64,000 nucleotides of DNA from Malacoraja senta (Eukaryota), in NCBI GenBank assembly GCA_038087875.1, contig JAXLNO010002386.1, positions 434,001 to 498,000 of the forward strand, in the 5' to 3' direction. Below, one piece after another: positions 53,971 to 64,000 of this stretch (the first letter of the stretch is position 1; each line of letters starts with the position of its first letter). The notes under the pieces were generated by a model. It was not told the origin of the DNA. It did no database searches and was given only the letters and a program-made list of their open reading frames with translations. A program made the position numbers and the translations under genes.

Positions 53971-54875
53971 TATTATTGATGATGTGACATGCATAGACAT
54001 TCCTGAATGTTACCCAAACCATCGTGAGCTACTTTGTGACGGTGCTTACCCTCTCCTATAACGTATCTGCTGCCTGGGTGATGCAGGACAGGACACAAGG
54101 TTTGGGACACGTGTGAAGCTGTTGCCGTCTGTCCCAGCCTGGTAAAAACCTGGATGGAGTGGATGTGGAGAGGATGTTTCCACTAGTGGGAGAGTCTAGG
54201 ACCAGTGGCCACAGCCTCAGAATTAAAGGACGTTCCTTTAGGAAGGAGATGGGCAGGAATTTCTTAAGTCAGAGGGTGGTGAACTGTGGAATTCATTGCC
54301 ACAGACAGCTGTGGAAGTCAAGTCAATGGACATTTTTCAGGAGATTGATAGATTCCTGATTGATACAGGTGTCAGAGGTAATGGGGAGAAGGCAGGAGAA
54401 TGGGTTTGAGAGGGAAAGATAGATAGTCATAGAGTGATACAGTATGGAAACAGGCCCTTCGGCCCAGCATGTCCTATCTGCACTAGTCCCACCTGCCCAC
54501 GTTTGATCCATATCCCTCCAAACCTGTCCTATCCATGTATCTGTCTAACTGTTTCTTAAATGTTGCGATAGTCCCTGCCTCAACTACCTCCTCTGGCAGC
54601 TTGTTCCATGCACATACCACCCTTTGTGTGAAAAACATACCCCTCAGATTCCTATTAAATCTTTTGCCCTTCACCTTAAACTTATGTCCTCTGCTCCTCG
54701 ATTCACCTACTCTGGGCAAAAGACTCAACCATATCTATTCAAATCATGATTTTATACACCTCTATTAGATCATCCCTCATCCTCGTGTGCTCCATGAAAT
54801 AGAGTCCCAGCCTACTCAACCTCCCTATAGCTCTGGCCCTCTAGTCCTGGCAACATCCTCGTAAATCTTCACTGT

Positions 54876-55090
54876 TGTAGTGCGTGGGTCTCGGAATTAA
54901 GCACGAAGTCGTGTTTTGAGAAGCACTTTTTATTAATATCCTCCCAGTTCTAGGGAAGACCAAACGAGAGGAAGATGGCACCCAAAACCCCTGCCTTTAA
55001 AGCCTCCGGCTAAGGGCCGCCTCCGGACTGAACCACTCCTGTGCCGAGGGGTTCGACACTATGATGGCACGACCCTTGGGAGCCGCCACA
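54876..55090 (-). repeat. 3' LTR
   Basis: Direct repeat of 59201-59415; G-run polypurine tract immediately upstream on the minus strand (about 55091-55105). Confidence 0.97.
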
Positions 55091-58000
55091 GGACCCCCCC
55101 CCAGAACCAGAGGCACGAAACGCACCGGCGGGCGAACGACCCGGCCGGCCCGCGTGCGGAAGTTAGCCGCTAGTGGGGCTTGCGGAGGTATAGGTGGAGG
55201 GACAGGACGAGGGACCGGCGGTAGGACAGGTGGAGTGACAGGCGGAGGGAGCCGTGAAGGGGGGCGCCCTCGAGGCCGAGGTTGGGCAACCAGCACCGGC
55301 TGGTCAATGTCCAGGTGTGCCGGCTTCAAATGGTCAATCGACACTGCCTCCGGCCGGCCCCCCATGTCCAGGACAAAAGTCGACTGCCCGTGTTCCAGCA
55401 CTCGGAACGGGCCCTCGTACGGCCTCTGGAGTGGCGTCCGGTGGGCATCACGGCGCAGGAAGACGTACGGGCAGTCCCTGAGGGCTGATGGCACGTGTGG
55501 GCGAAATGTCCCATGGCGGGACGTCGGGACGGGTGCGAGCCTGCCAACTTGCTCGCGAAGGCGCTTTAGGGTGGATGAGGGCGTTCCCTGCTGCCCCGGC
55601 GCCGACGGCACGAACTCCCCGGGCACCGTGAGTGGCGACCCGTAAACGAGCTCCGCCGATGATGAGGCCAAGTCCTCTTTGGGAGCGGTCCGGATGCCCA
55701 GCATCACCCACGGCAACTCGTCCATCCAGTCTGGGCCGGAGAGTCGTGCCTTCAGTGCTGCCTTCAGCTGCCGGTGGAATCTCTCCACCAGACCGTTAGC
55801 TTGAGGGTGGTAAGCCGTGGTGTGGTGTAGCCGCACCCCCAGCAAGTGAGCCATGGCTGACCACAGCTCGGAGGTGAACTGTGGCCCCCGGTCTGAGGAG
55901 ATGTGCGCTGGCACCCCGAAGCGAGCAATCCAGTGCGCGGACAACGCACGAGCACACATAACCGTTGAGGTATCGGTCAACGGAATGGCCTCCGGCCACC
56001 GCGTGAAGCGGTCCACCATTGTCAGAAGGTGGGTGATGCCCCGGGATGGCGGGAGAGGGCCTACGATGTCTATGTGGAGATGGTCGAACCGCCGGTGAGG
56101 TAGACCAAACTCCTGGAGAGGCGCACGGACATGGCGCTGGATCTTTGCCGTCTGGCACGGAATGCAGGTGCGAGCCCAATGGCCAACCTGCTTGCGCAGA
56201 CCGTGCCACATGAAACGAGCGGCCACTAGTGCCGTTGTCGCCCGGATTGATGGGTGAGACAGTCCGTGGATCATCTCGAACACCCTCCGGCGCCAGGTGG
56301 CAGGGACGATGGGGCGCGGCTGACCGGACGACACATCGCACAGGATTGTCACTCCCCCAGGGCCGAGAGGGACATCCTCAAGGCGGAGGCCGGAGATGGC
56401 AGTCCGGTAGGCGGGCACCTCATCGTCCGTGAGCTGTGCCGCCGCCAGAGCAGAATAGTCCATTCCGGGCGCCACCTCGAACACGGCGTTGATAGCGGGC
56501 CGGGACAATGCGTCGGCCACCAGGTTCTCTTTCACCTTGATGTAGCAGATAGATGTCGTGTACTCCGATATGTAGGCCAATTGCCGCTGCTGTCGTGCGG
56601 ACCAGGGATCGGAAACCTTCTGCAGGGCGAAAGTGAGCGGCTTATGGTCGGTGTAGGCGGTGAACGGGCGGCCCTCCAAGAAGTAACGAAAATGGCGCAC
56701 AGCCAAGTACAGAGCCAGGAGCTCACGATCGAACGCGCTGTACTTGGTCTGCGCACGGTTGAGGTGCCGACTGAAGAAGGCCAGGGGCCGCCAACCTCCG
56801 TCCGTCAGCTGCTCCAGCACAGCACCAACTGCCGACTCCGAGGCCTCCACCGTGAGAGCAGTCGGGGCATCTCCCCGCGGGTGTACCAGCAGTATGGCCC
56901 GAGCAAGGGCCTCCTTCGCGCCGTCAAAAGCTGCCTCCGCCTCGTGGGTCCATTCCACGCTCTTGTGCTGCCCACCCGCCAGAAGTTGATACAGGGGCCG
57001 CATGATGTGGGCCGCGGATGGCACGAAACGATGGTAAAATGCCACCATGCCGACAAATTCCTGCAGGCCACGCACCGTGCGTGGGCGGGGAAACCGACGG
57101 ATGGCGTCGACCCTGTCAGGCAGGGGAACCGCGCCTTGCGCAGTCACGCGGTGGCCGAGGAAGTCAATTTCGCTCACCGCAAAACGGCACTTGTCCAGGT
57201 TGATGGCCAAACCATGCTCGCTGAGCCGCTGACAGAGCTGCCGAAGGTGAGCGCAGTGTTCCTGTTGCGAGCGGCTGGCCACCAGGATGTCGTCCAGGTA
57301 CACAAACACGAAATTGAGGCCGCGACAAACCCCGTCCATGAGGCGCTGAAAGGCCTGTGCAGCGTTTTTGAGGCCGAACGGCATGCGAGTAAACTCGTAA
57401 AGCCCGAATGGCGTGATGATCGCCGTCTTCGGCATGTCATCCGGGTGAACCGGGATCTGATTATAACCCCGTACCAGATCCACTTTGGAAAATATTGTGG
57501 CCCCAGCCAAATGGGCCGTGAAGTCCTGGATGTGGGGTACGGGGTATCGATCCGCTGTTGTTGCAGCGTTCAGCCATCGGTAATCCCCACAAGGTCGCCA
57601 GCCCCCGCTTGACTTGGGGACCATGTGGAGTGGGGACGCCCAAGGGCTGCTTGAAGGGCGGACGATCCCTAAGGCCTCCATCGTGCGGAATTCCCGCCGT
57701 GCCAGACACAGTTTATCTGGCGGCAGTCGCCGTGCTCGTGCATGGAGTGGTGGGCCGGTAGTGGGGATATAATGCAATACCCCGTGGCTGGGGGTTGTTG
57801 ATTGAAACTGCGCATGGAGAATGTCCGGGAACGCAGCCAAGATCCGTGAGAATCGGGAGTCCACGGACGCCAGTGGCCGTCCCACCGGTTGATCCACACG
57901 CAACGTGATCGGCTCCATCGTGGTGGCGTTGAACAAACGCTGACGCCCGACGTCCACCATGAGGGAATGCGCCCGGAGGAAATCGGCCCCGAGCAATGGT

Positions 58001-58281
58001 TGGGAGACATCGGCGATAGTGAACCGCCACGAGAAATGACAGGAGCCGAGCACGATGGGGACCATGCGCAGTCCATATGTGCGGATGGGGCTGCCGTTTG
58101 CCGCGGTGAGGACGGGCCCCTGCTTACCGGAACGAATGTCGGCCAGCGAAGGGGGCAGGACGCTGAGCTCCGCTCCAGTATCCACGAGGAAGCGGGTCCC
58201 GGAGCGCCGATCCCAGGCGAAAAGGCGGTGAATTTGGCCGGCCGCCGTGGGGACTATTGGCAGCCGGCCCAGGAGTTTCCC
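54997..58281 (-). CDS. pol: Gypsy Pol (PR-RT-RNaseH-IN), in the -1 frame relative to gag
   Basis: [10 protein letters not shown] protease, [16 protein letters not shown] RNaseH, HGLSH...CIPC and HIDIVGP...DRG...ERFH integrase, PYEGPF; no internal stop; the stop lies inside the 3' LTR. Confidence 0.95.
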   Translation of the reverse strand, partial: GKLLGRLPIVPTAAGQIHRLFAWDRRSGTRFLVDTGAELSVLPPSLADIRSGKQGPVLTAANGSPIRTYGLRMVPIVLGSCHFSWRFTIADVSQPLLGADFLRAHSLMVDVGRQRLFNATTMEPITLRVDQPVGRPLASVDSRFSRILAAFPDILHAQFQSTTPSHGVLHYIPTTGPPLHARARRLPPDKLCLARREFRTMEALGIVRPSSSPWASPLHMVPKSSGGWRPCGDYRWLNAATTADRYPVPHIQDFTAHLAGATIFSKVDLVRGYNQIPVHPDDMPKTAIITPFGLYEFTRMPFGLKNAAQAFQRLMDGVCRGLNFVFVYLDDILVASRSQQEHCAHLRQLCQRLSEHGLAINLDKCRFAVSEIDFLGHRVTAQGAVPLPDRVDAIRRFPRPRTVRGLQEFVGMVAFYHRFVPSAAHIMRPLYQLLAGGQHKSVEWTHEAEAAFDGAKEALARAILLVHPRGDAPTALTVEASESAVGAVLEQLTDGGWRPLAFFSRHLNRAQTKYSAFDRELLALYLAVRHFRYFLEGRPFTAYTDHKPLTFALQKVSDPWSARQQRQLAYISEYTTSICYIKVKENLVADALSRPAINAVFEVAPGMDYSALAAAQLTDDEVPAYRTAISGLRLEDVPLGPGGVTILCDVSSGQPRPIVPATWRRRVFEMIHGLSHPSIRATTALVAARFMWHGLRKQVGHWARTCIPCQTAKIQRHVRAPLQEFGLPHRRFDHLHIDIVGPLPPSRGITHLLTMVDRFTRWPEAIPLTDTSTVMCARALSAHWIARFGVPAHISSDRGPQFTSELWSAMAHLLGVRLHHTTAYHPQANGLVERFHRQLKAALKARLSGPDWMDELPWVMLGIRTAPKEDLASSSAELVYGSPLTVPGEFVPSAPGQQGTPSSTLKRLREQVGRLAPVPTSRHGTFRPHVPSALRDCPYVFLRRDAHRTPLQRPYEGPFRVLEHGQSTFVLDMGGRPEAVSIDHLKPAHLDIDQPVLVAQPRPRGRPPSRLPPPVTPPVLPPVPRPVPPPIPPQAPLAANFRTRAGRVVRPPVRFVPLVLGGGPVAAPKGRAIIVSNPSAQEWFSPEAALSRRL
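58236..58281 (-). promoter_or_regulatory. Programmed -1 ribosomal frameshift signal
   Basis: G GGA AAC heptamer in the gag frame (58275-58281), 5-nt spacer, then an 11-bp stem GGCCGGCUGCC / GGCGGCCGGCC with a 12-nt loop. Confidence 0.85.
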
Positions 58282-59171
58282 GGGAACATGCACGGCTGGC
58301 GGCATTGTCGTGCTGCAGCACCCCAGAGCTGATGGTAGTAGCACCAGTTCTTCGTGTTGGTGCTACTTGGAGCTTGCCTGCTCCTGCTGGTGGTGCCTGC
58401 AGCCTGCTGACACGGGACTGCAGGTGCAGTACGCCTCACTGCCGCTGGGGGTGATCGTACGGGCCGTCGGGCTGGAGCTGTCACTCCTTCCACCGCTCCC
58501 CTGCCCCACCGGAGAAAATCGGGAGCTGCTGGGGTGACGTCATCGGCGTGCCTGCTGACGGCCAGCGCGTTGACGTCATCAGGGCGCGTCGACCTCAGCG
58601 CGACCCCGTCTCTGCTGACGCCCAGCGCGCTGATGTCATCAGGGCGCGCCATCCACAGGGCGTCGGCGCGCCTCCCGAGGGCCCGAAGGTCGGCAAACGA
58701 GACGTCGGTGAGCTGCAACCGAATGTAGGCCGGCAGCAGATGCAGGTAAGTATACTCGAACAACAGGCACGGCGTGTGCCCGTCTAGTAAGGCCACCATC
58801 TCCTTTAGGAGCGTAGATGGCCGTCGGTCGCCCAGGCCCCCCATATGCAGGATCCTACTTGCCCGCTCCATCCTACTCAGTCCGTAAATCTGGAGCAGGA
58901 GCTCTTTCAGGCCGAGGTATTTATCATCGTTCGGGGGGTCTGCGAGGAAGTCCGTTACCTCTTCAACCGCATCCTGGTCGAGGGCTCCCACCAGGTAATA
59001 GAAGCGGGTGGCATCGACCGTGATGCCCCGCAGGTTGAACTGGGCCTCCGCCTGCTGGAACCAGATGAGCGGCCGGGTGGTCCAGAAGTTGGGCAGTTTT
59101 ACGGAGACCGCGTCCAGAGACAGGGCCGGGCCAGCCTGTGAGGAGGTAGGGCTTTGTCGTCTCTCCATCAT
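58254..59171 (-). CDS. gag: Gypsy Gag (305 aa from ATG at 59171)
   Basis: VKLPNFW...[10 protein letters not shown]-terminus; C-terminal [18 protein letters not shown] (CHCC) knuckle. The ORF-track start at 59306 lies inside the LTR. Confidence 0.9.
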   Translation of the reverse strand: MMERRQSPTSSQAGPALSLDAVSVKLPNFWTTRPLIWFQQAEAQFNLRGITVDATRFYYLVGALDQDAVEEVTDFLADPPNDDKYLGLKELLLQIYGLSRMERASRILHMGGLGDRRPSTLLKEMVALLDGHTPCLLFEYTYLHLLPAYIRLQLTDVSFADLRALGRRADALWMARPDDISALGVSRDGVALRSTRPDDVNALAVSRHADDVTPAAPDFLRWGRGAVEGVTAPARRPVRSPPAAVRRTAPAVPCQQAAGTTSRSRQAPSSTNTKNWCYYHQLWGAAARQCRQPCMFPGNSWAGCQ

Positions 59172-59184
59172 GACGCCAATGGAG

Positions 59185-59199
59185 CGTCGGGGGTCACCA
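59185..59199 (-). promoter_or_regulatory. Primer-binding site, tRNA-Trp-like
   Basis: TGGTGACCCCCGACG one base inside the 5' LTR; the known tRNA-Trp PBS TGGTGACCCCGACG plus one extra C. Confidence 0.8.
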
Positions 59200-59200
59200 A

Positions 59201-59415
59201 TGTAGTGCGTGGGTCTCGGAATTAAGCACGAAGTCGTGTTTTGAGAAGCACTTTTTATTAATATCCTCCCAGTTCTAGGGAAGACCAAACGAGAGGAAGA
59301 TGGCACCCAAAACCCCTGCCTTTAAAGCCTCCGGCTAAGGGCCGCCTCCGGACTGAACCACTCCTGTGCCGAGGGGTTCGACACTATGATGGCACGACCC
59401 TTGGGAGCCGCCACA
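59201..59415 (-). repeat. 5' LTR
   Basis: Direct repeat of 54876-55090; followed on the minus strand by the PBS. Confidence 0.97.
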
Positions 59416-59929
59416 CTGTACCCTTTCCAGTTTGATGACATCTTTCCTATAACATGGTGCCCAGAACTGAATACAATACTCTGAATGTGGCCTCACCACC
59501 TTCTTATGCAACTGCAACCTCTGTACTCAGCCTGACCCGCTGAGTTACTCCAGCACTCTGTGAAACATCACAGAACAGGGCAAGATTAGCAAGTTTGCTG
59601 ATGATACAGAAGTGAGTGGTTTTGCAGAAAGTGAAGATGGTTGTGAAAGATTGCAGCAGGATCTGGATCAATTAGCCATTTGGGAAGAGGAATGGTTGAT
59701 GGTTGCATGGTTCCTTGAATGTCAAGTCGCAGGTACATCAGGTGGTCAAAACATATTTTGGCACTTTGGCCCACATCAGTCAGAGTATTGAGTATAGAAG
59801 TTGTGAGGTCATGTTGCAGTTGTATAAGACGTTGGTGAGACCGCATTTAGAATATTGTGTTCAGTTCTGGGCACCTTGTTATAGGAAAGATGTCAAACTG
59901 AAAAGAGTACAGAGATCCCCATCCCCATC

Positions 59930-60890
59930 AGTCCAATCAGGGTTGTGTTGTCTGCAAACTTGAGAAGCTTGACATAGGTGTCTGTGGAGGTACAGTCATT
60001 GGTGTGGCGAGAGTAGAGGAGAGGGGAGAGTACGCATCTTGCGGTGCTCCTATGCTGAGCGTTTGCGGGTCCGAGATATGCTTTCCCGTCTCACAAGCTG
60101 CTTCCTGTCTGTCAGAAAGCTGGTGATCGACCGACAGAGGGGTTCAGGCACAGTCAACTCAGAAAGTTTGGAGCTTAGTAGCTCTGGCACAATGGTGTTG
60201 AATGCAGAGCTAAAATCAACAAACAAAATCCTCGCATAGGTCTCCTGGCGGTCTAGGTGCTGGAGGATGAAGTGCAGGCCCAGATTGACTGCGTCATCCA
60301 CAGATCTATTGGCCCAATATGCAAAATGCAGAGGGTCCAGCAGGGGATTGTGATATTTTTCAGCTTGCCCAGCACAAGCCTTTCAACGGTCTTCATGACT
60401 ACAGAGGTCAGTGCGCAAGCCTGTAGTCATTAAGACCAGTAATCCTTACCTTTTTGGGTACAGGGACAATAGTGGAGACTTTGAAGCAGGCAGGGACAGT
60501 ACATCTTTGCAGGGACTGGTTAAAAATGAGTAATTAGGTGTGAAGTGTTGGTTGGGGTGGGAAAGGGTCCACTCTTTTCATACTGGAGTCTTCCCTTAAG
60601 TAGGTGTGAAGTGGTGAATGGGAAGGAGAGGGTGCAGGGTCCATTCTTTGCAGACTGGAGTCTGGCTGTGTTTGTTGGGGAGGGGGTACCAGGGTTATGT
60701 TTCTGATTTTCAAACCTGCAGTAAAACATATTCAGGTTGTTCGTCAGCTGACGATTGTCCAAAGAGTGGGGGGGCTTTCCTCTTATAGCTGGTTATTTCT
60801 TGCATGCCCTTCCAAACTGAAGAAGAGTCACTAGCTGAGAACTTGCTCCTCAACTTCTCAGAGTACCTTTCCTTGGCAGCTCTGATTCCA
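59930..60890 (-). mobile_element. Rex1/Babar-like LINE RT fragment
   Basis: GIRAAKERYSEKL, DDAVNLGLHFILQHLD, FVDFSSAFNTIVP, with deletions. Confidence 0.8.
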
Positions 60891-61559
60891 AGGAAAGGGA
60901 TGGCGGGGGTCCAGCGGGTGTGGCGTGCGGGGAAGATGGCTTGGGCCCCGGCAGCGGGGGAAGGCGAGGGGAGCAGGCCCCGCCGCAGCGGCATCTGGTG
61001 TTGGGGTATACAGACGCTGGGTTCAGATTCAGCCACTCCTGCCCGGCAACGGTTGCCAGGCTGGCCGTTGGTGAGGCTCCGACACCGCGGATGGAGATGC
61101 TGGACTGGGTGGGCAGACACCGCACCCCGCCCCCCCCTCCCCCACCCGGGCCCGGAGAAATGGGCACTCCCTTATCCCGCGGGCCAGATTAGACCCCCTC
61201 ATGGGTAGTTTGAACCGAGGATAAAAAACAGACTCCCCCTCCTGCAACGCAATATTCCACTACTTACCTGGAGTAGACGACACGAGGCATCGAGCTCAAT
61301 GTGTGGAATGCAAATGGCAGTCTGATCCCGCCCGGGCCCACTGCGCACGCGCGCAGAGACGGCTTCCCCAACTGCGCAGGCGCGGATGGTCGCATTTTTT
61401 TCTCCCAAATCATCCAGAATTTCGGGCGCTTTTCCGACAAAGTGGAAACGCTGATTTTTTTATGATTTTTTATCCTCAGGATTTTTTCTTACTCTTGCGG
61501 GGAGGGAAGGGGAGTGCGGTCGCACCCAACGCACCCTCCCCACCCTTCGGACGGCCATG

Positions 61560-62110
61560 AGTATGGGCTGTTATTTCTCTGCAGGTGTTGGAGGTGATCG
61601 TGATGGTGTCCACATGGATCGGCGGTATGGTCGGGAGCCAATAACTTTCTTGCTTCCGCCCTGGGGATCCTGCAATTTCTCAATCACAAAATCGGGGAGG
61701 TGGTTGGGGGGATGTCTACTTGTGATGGATGTAGTGCACTGTGACTCTCCGCTGGGGCTGATCAATGTGCACACCTTGCCCGTGCGGGGCGAGCAGCTGG
61801 CCATCCTCCAGCAGCTCTCACTGCTGTTGGCGACATCCCAGTCACTCGTTCCACCCAGTGACTTCACCTGCACCGTCGATGCGATGGATGATCCGCTGGT
61901 GCCCACAACAGATTGGACAGCACCTCCAGGCTCCTGATGGAGACGATCAAAGACGCAAAGCTGTGTGATGCTTTCAGCAACCCCTGCAGGCAGACCATGG
62001 CTGCAATTCACCTGGTTGGGACCGGACAGACTTCCACTTCATGTCGAAGGCCGTCATGGTCAGACATACCAACACCACGCCATTGGTCATCTCTTACCAC
62101 CACTTCCATT
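61560..62110 (+). mobile_element. Tx1-clade endonuclease fragment (degraded)
   Basis: GGCLLVMDV...LINVH, LQQLSLLLATS, SDFTCTVD (like GGDFNC), TSRLLMETIKDAKLCDAFSNP. Confidence 0.65.
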
Positions 62111-63184
62111 GGGCTTCCAGTCACCTACAGCAGAACCACAGGGTTTGGAGGGAGAGATTGATCAGCCATAATTGAACGACGGAGTAGGCTTTATGGGCCA
62201 AATGGCCTAATTCTGCTCCTGTCACATAAGACATTATAACCTGAGGGCAGGCAGGGTGATGTGGAAGTTAAATGTCAAACCGCTGACCCTATAGAATGTG
62301 GAGGAACAAAAGAGGGACGACACAGGTTGGAGAGCACTGAAGCCCTTTTTGACTGCCCGATACACTAGTGGGAAGCACTGAGGTGAACATCAAGGTGTTC
62401 TCCTTTCTCTAGGAAAGTATGATGGGGTCAGAGGAAATTGTACCAACTCCAGACAAACTTGCAGCAACTCCACCTTCTGCAGTCGAGGGGAAGGTAAATG
62501 TGAGGAACAGAGAGCCGATAAGCAACAGATTTTGCCTCAGAATTCTCCAAAATCATCTTACGACCCAAAGTCAACTCCACATCGTAATTTACTAGTAATT
62601 AGCCCTCACTATTCTTTCCCTGCCAACATATGCATTTGCACATCCCATCCCATTAGTTTAGAGATACATCACGGAAACAGGTCCTTCAGCCCACTGAGTC
62701 CATGCCGACCAGCGATCCCAGAACACTAACACCATCCTACACACACTAGGGACAATTACAATTTTTACCAAGCCAATTACCCAACAAACCTTTGGAGTGT
62801 GGGAGGAAACCGAGGCACCCAGAGAAAATCCACACAGGTCACAGGGATAATGTACAAACAAAATGTACAGACAGTACCCACCATCAGGATTTAACCCAGG
62901 TCTCTGGCACTGTAAGGCTACAACTCTACCACTGCGCCACCGTGCTGCAAAAGTCTTTCAATGTTCGGTTGGACATTCAGCCTGCAAAGGTTTCACCCTA
63001 GCTAGATATTCATTCTATAACTAGACTGAAATATTCAAGGAATATTAAGTTTCAATCATGTATACTTTGATTTTCTGTGACATAATTACTAATGGAAGCA
63101 CAATAAACTAAATCAATGAAAATCAATTTACTCTTCGTAAACTCTGCTGACCCATACTCCTTAATCTCATCATAAATTAATTCA

Positions 63185-64000
63185 GATACAGATTCAATCT
63201 TTATTGTCATTGTGCACTGTACAAGTACAGAGACAACGAAATGCAGTTAACATCTCACCACAAGAGCGAACATAGAATAATGGAACAGTAAAGTATATAT
63301 ATGTACAAACATTAGCAGTAGTGCAATTTTTCTGGGGAAGGAGTGTCCGAGGGGGGGGGGGGGGGTTGACTAGCAATCACCAAGGAGCAGAATTCAGTAG
63401 TGTAACAGCCGCAGGGAAAAAGCTGTCCTGAACCTGCTGGTCCAGCAACGGAGAGACCTGTAGCGCCTCCCAAGATGGGAGGAGGGTAAACAGTCTGTGG
63501 CTGAGGTGAGAGCAGTCCTTGATGATGCTGCGCGCCCCTTCGCAGACATCGCTTGCTTTCGAGAGACTCAATGGAGGGGAGTGAGGAACCGGTGATGCGT
63601 TGGGCGGTTTTCACCCCCCTCTGCAGTGCTTTCCGGTCGGAGACAGAACAGTTGCCATACCATACTGTGATAAGGATGCTCTCGATGGTGCAGCGGTAGA
63701 TGTTCACCAGAATCTGAGGAGACAGATGGACCTTCTTTAGTCTCTTCAGGAAGAAGAGACGCTCGTGAGCCTTCTTGACCAGAGTTGAGGTATTGTGGGT
63801 CCAAGAGAGGTCATCAGAGATGTTGACCCCCAGAAACCTGAAGCTGGAAACATGTTGCACCTCCGTCCCGTTAATTATGGATGGGGTGTGCGTGCCGCCC
63901 CGAGACCTTCTGTAGTCCACAATGAGCTCCTTGGTCTTCTTGGAGTTAAGGGCCAGGTTGTTGTCAGCGCATCATGCTGCTAGGAGCTGGACCTCCTCCC
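63185..64000 (-). mobile_element. Rex1/Babar-like LINE 3' part (runs off the window)
   Basis: ORF 63312-63920(-): FRFLGVNISDDLSWT...KKAHERLFFLKRLKK...ESIL; ATGACAATAAAG tail. Confidence 0.85.

Larger units (their letters stand above)
54876..59415 (-). mobile_element. Full-length Ty3/Gypsy LTR retrotransposon, CsRn1-like
   Basis: 215-bp LTRs at 54876-55090 and 59201-59415 with no difference found by eye; TG...CA ends; TSD CTGT at 54872-54875 and 59416-59419; PBS, PPT and open gag and pol. Confidence 0.97.
54430..59520 (-). mobile_element. CR1 3' fragment split by the Gypsy element
   Basis: ORF 54483-54728(-) is the CR1 C-terminus; flanks rejoin as AAATCTTCA-CTGT-ACCCTTTCCAG. Confidence 0.75.

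Noticed and set aside
56254-57612. 452-aa plus-strand ORF (and other ORFs at 55061-59141)
   Set aside because: Antisense shadow of the GC-rich pol/gag; no recognisable domain.

Overview
Vertebrate genomic DNA, most likely a cartilaginous fish such as a skate or ray (inferred from HE1/V-SINE-type SINEs, HER1-like CR1 LINEs and shark-type Penelope ends). It is dominated by nested transposable elements. Two host genes are recoverable by splice-site reconstruction, both on the + strand. (1) A nonclassical MHC class I-like locus: an alpha1 exon (2549-2807, apparently frameshifted) and an intact alpha2 exon (20110-20385), 17.3 kb apart. I find no alpha3 or TM exon before the next gene. (2) An intact five-coding-exon NXPE3-like gene (26517-46609, 575 aa; type II anchor, GDS...HxxH esterase/acyltransferase fold). 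The youngest element is a complete CsRn1-like Ty3/Gypsy retrotransposon (54876-59415, minus strand) with apparently identical 215-bp LTRs, a 4-bp TSD, a tRNA-Trp-like PBS, a CHCC Gag and a GGGAAAC -1 frameshift signal. Also present: a solo LTR in an NXPE intron; two PIF/Harbinger-type MITEs carrying nested LINEs; a decayed Buster/Charlie hAT; Penelope fragments with hammerhead-ribozyme-like ends; Tx1, L1, Rex1-like and RTE fragments; minisatellites; and short fold-back palindromes. No CRISPR, rRNA or true tRNA genes. All family assignments are by eye from motifs; no database searches were run, and TE boundaries without a TSD or TIR are approximate.
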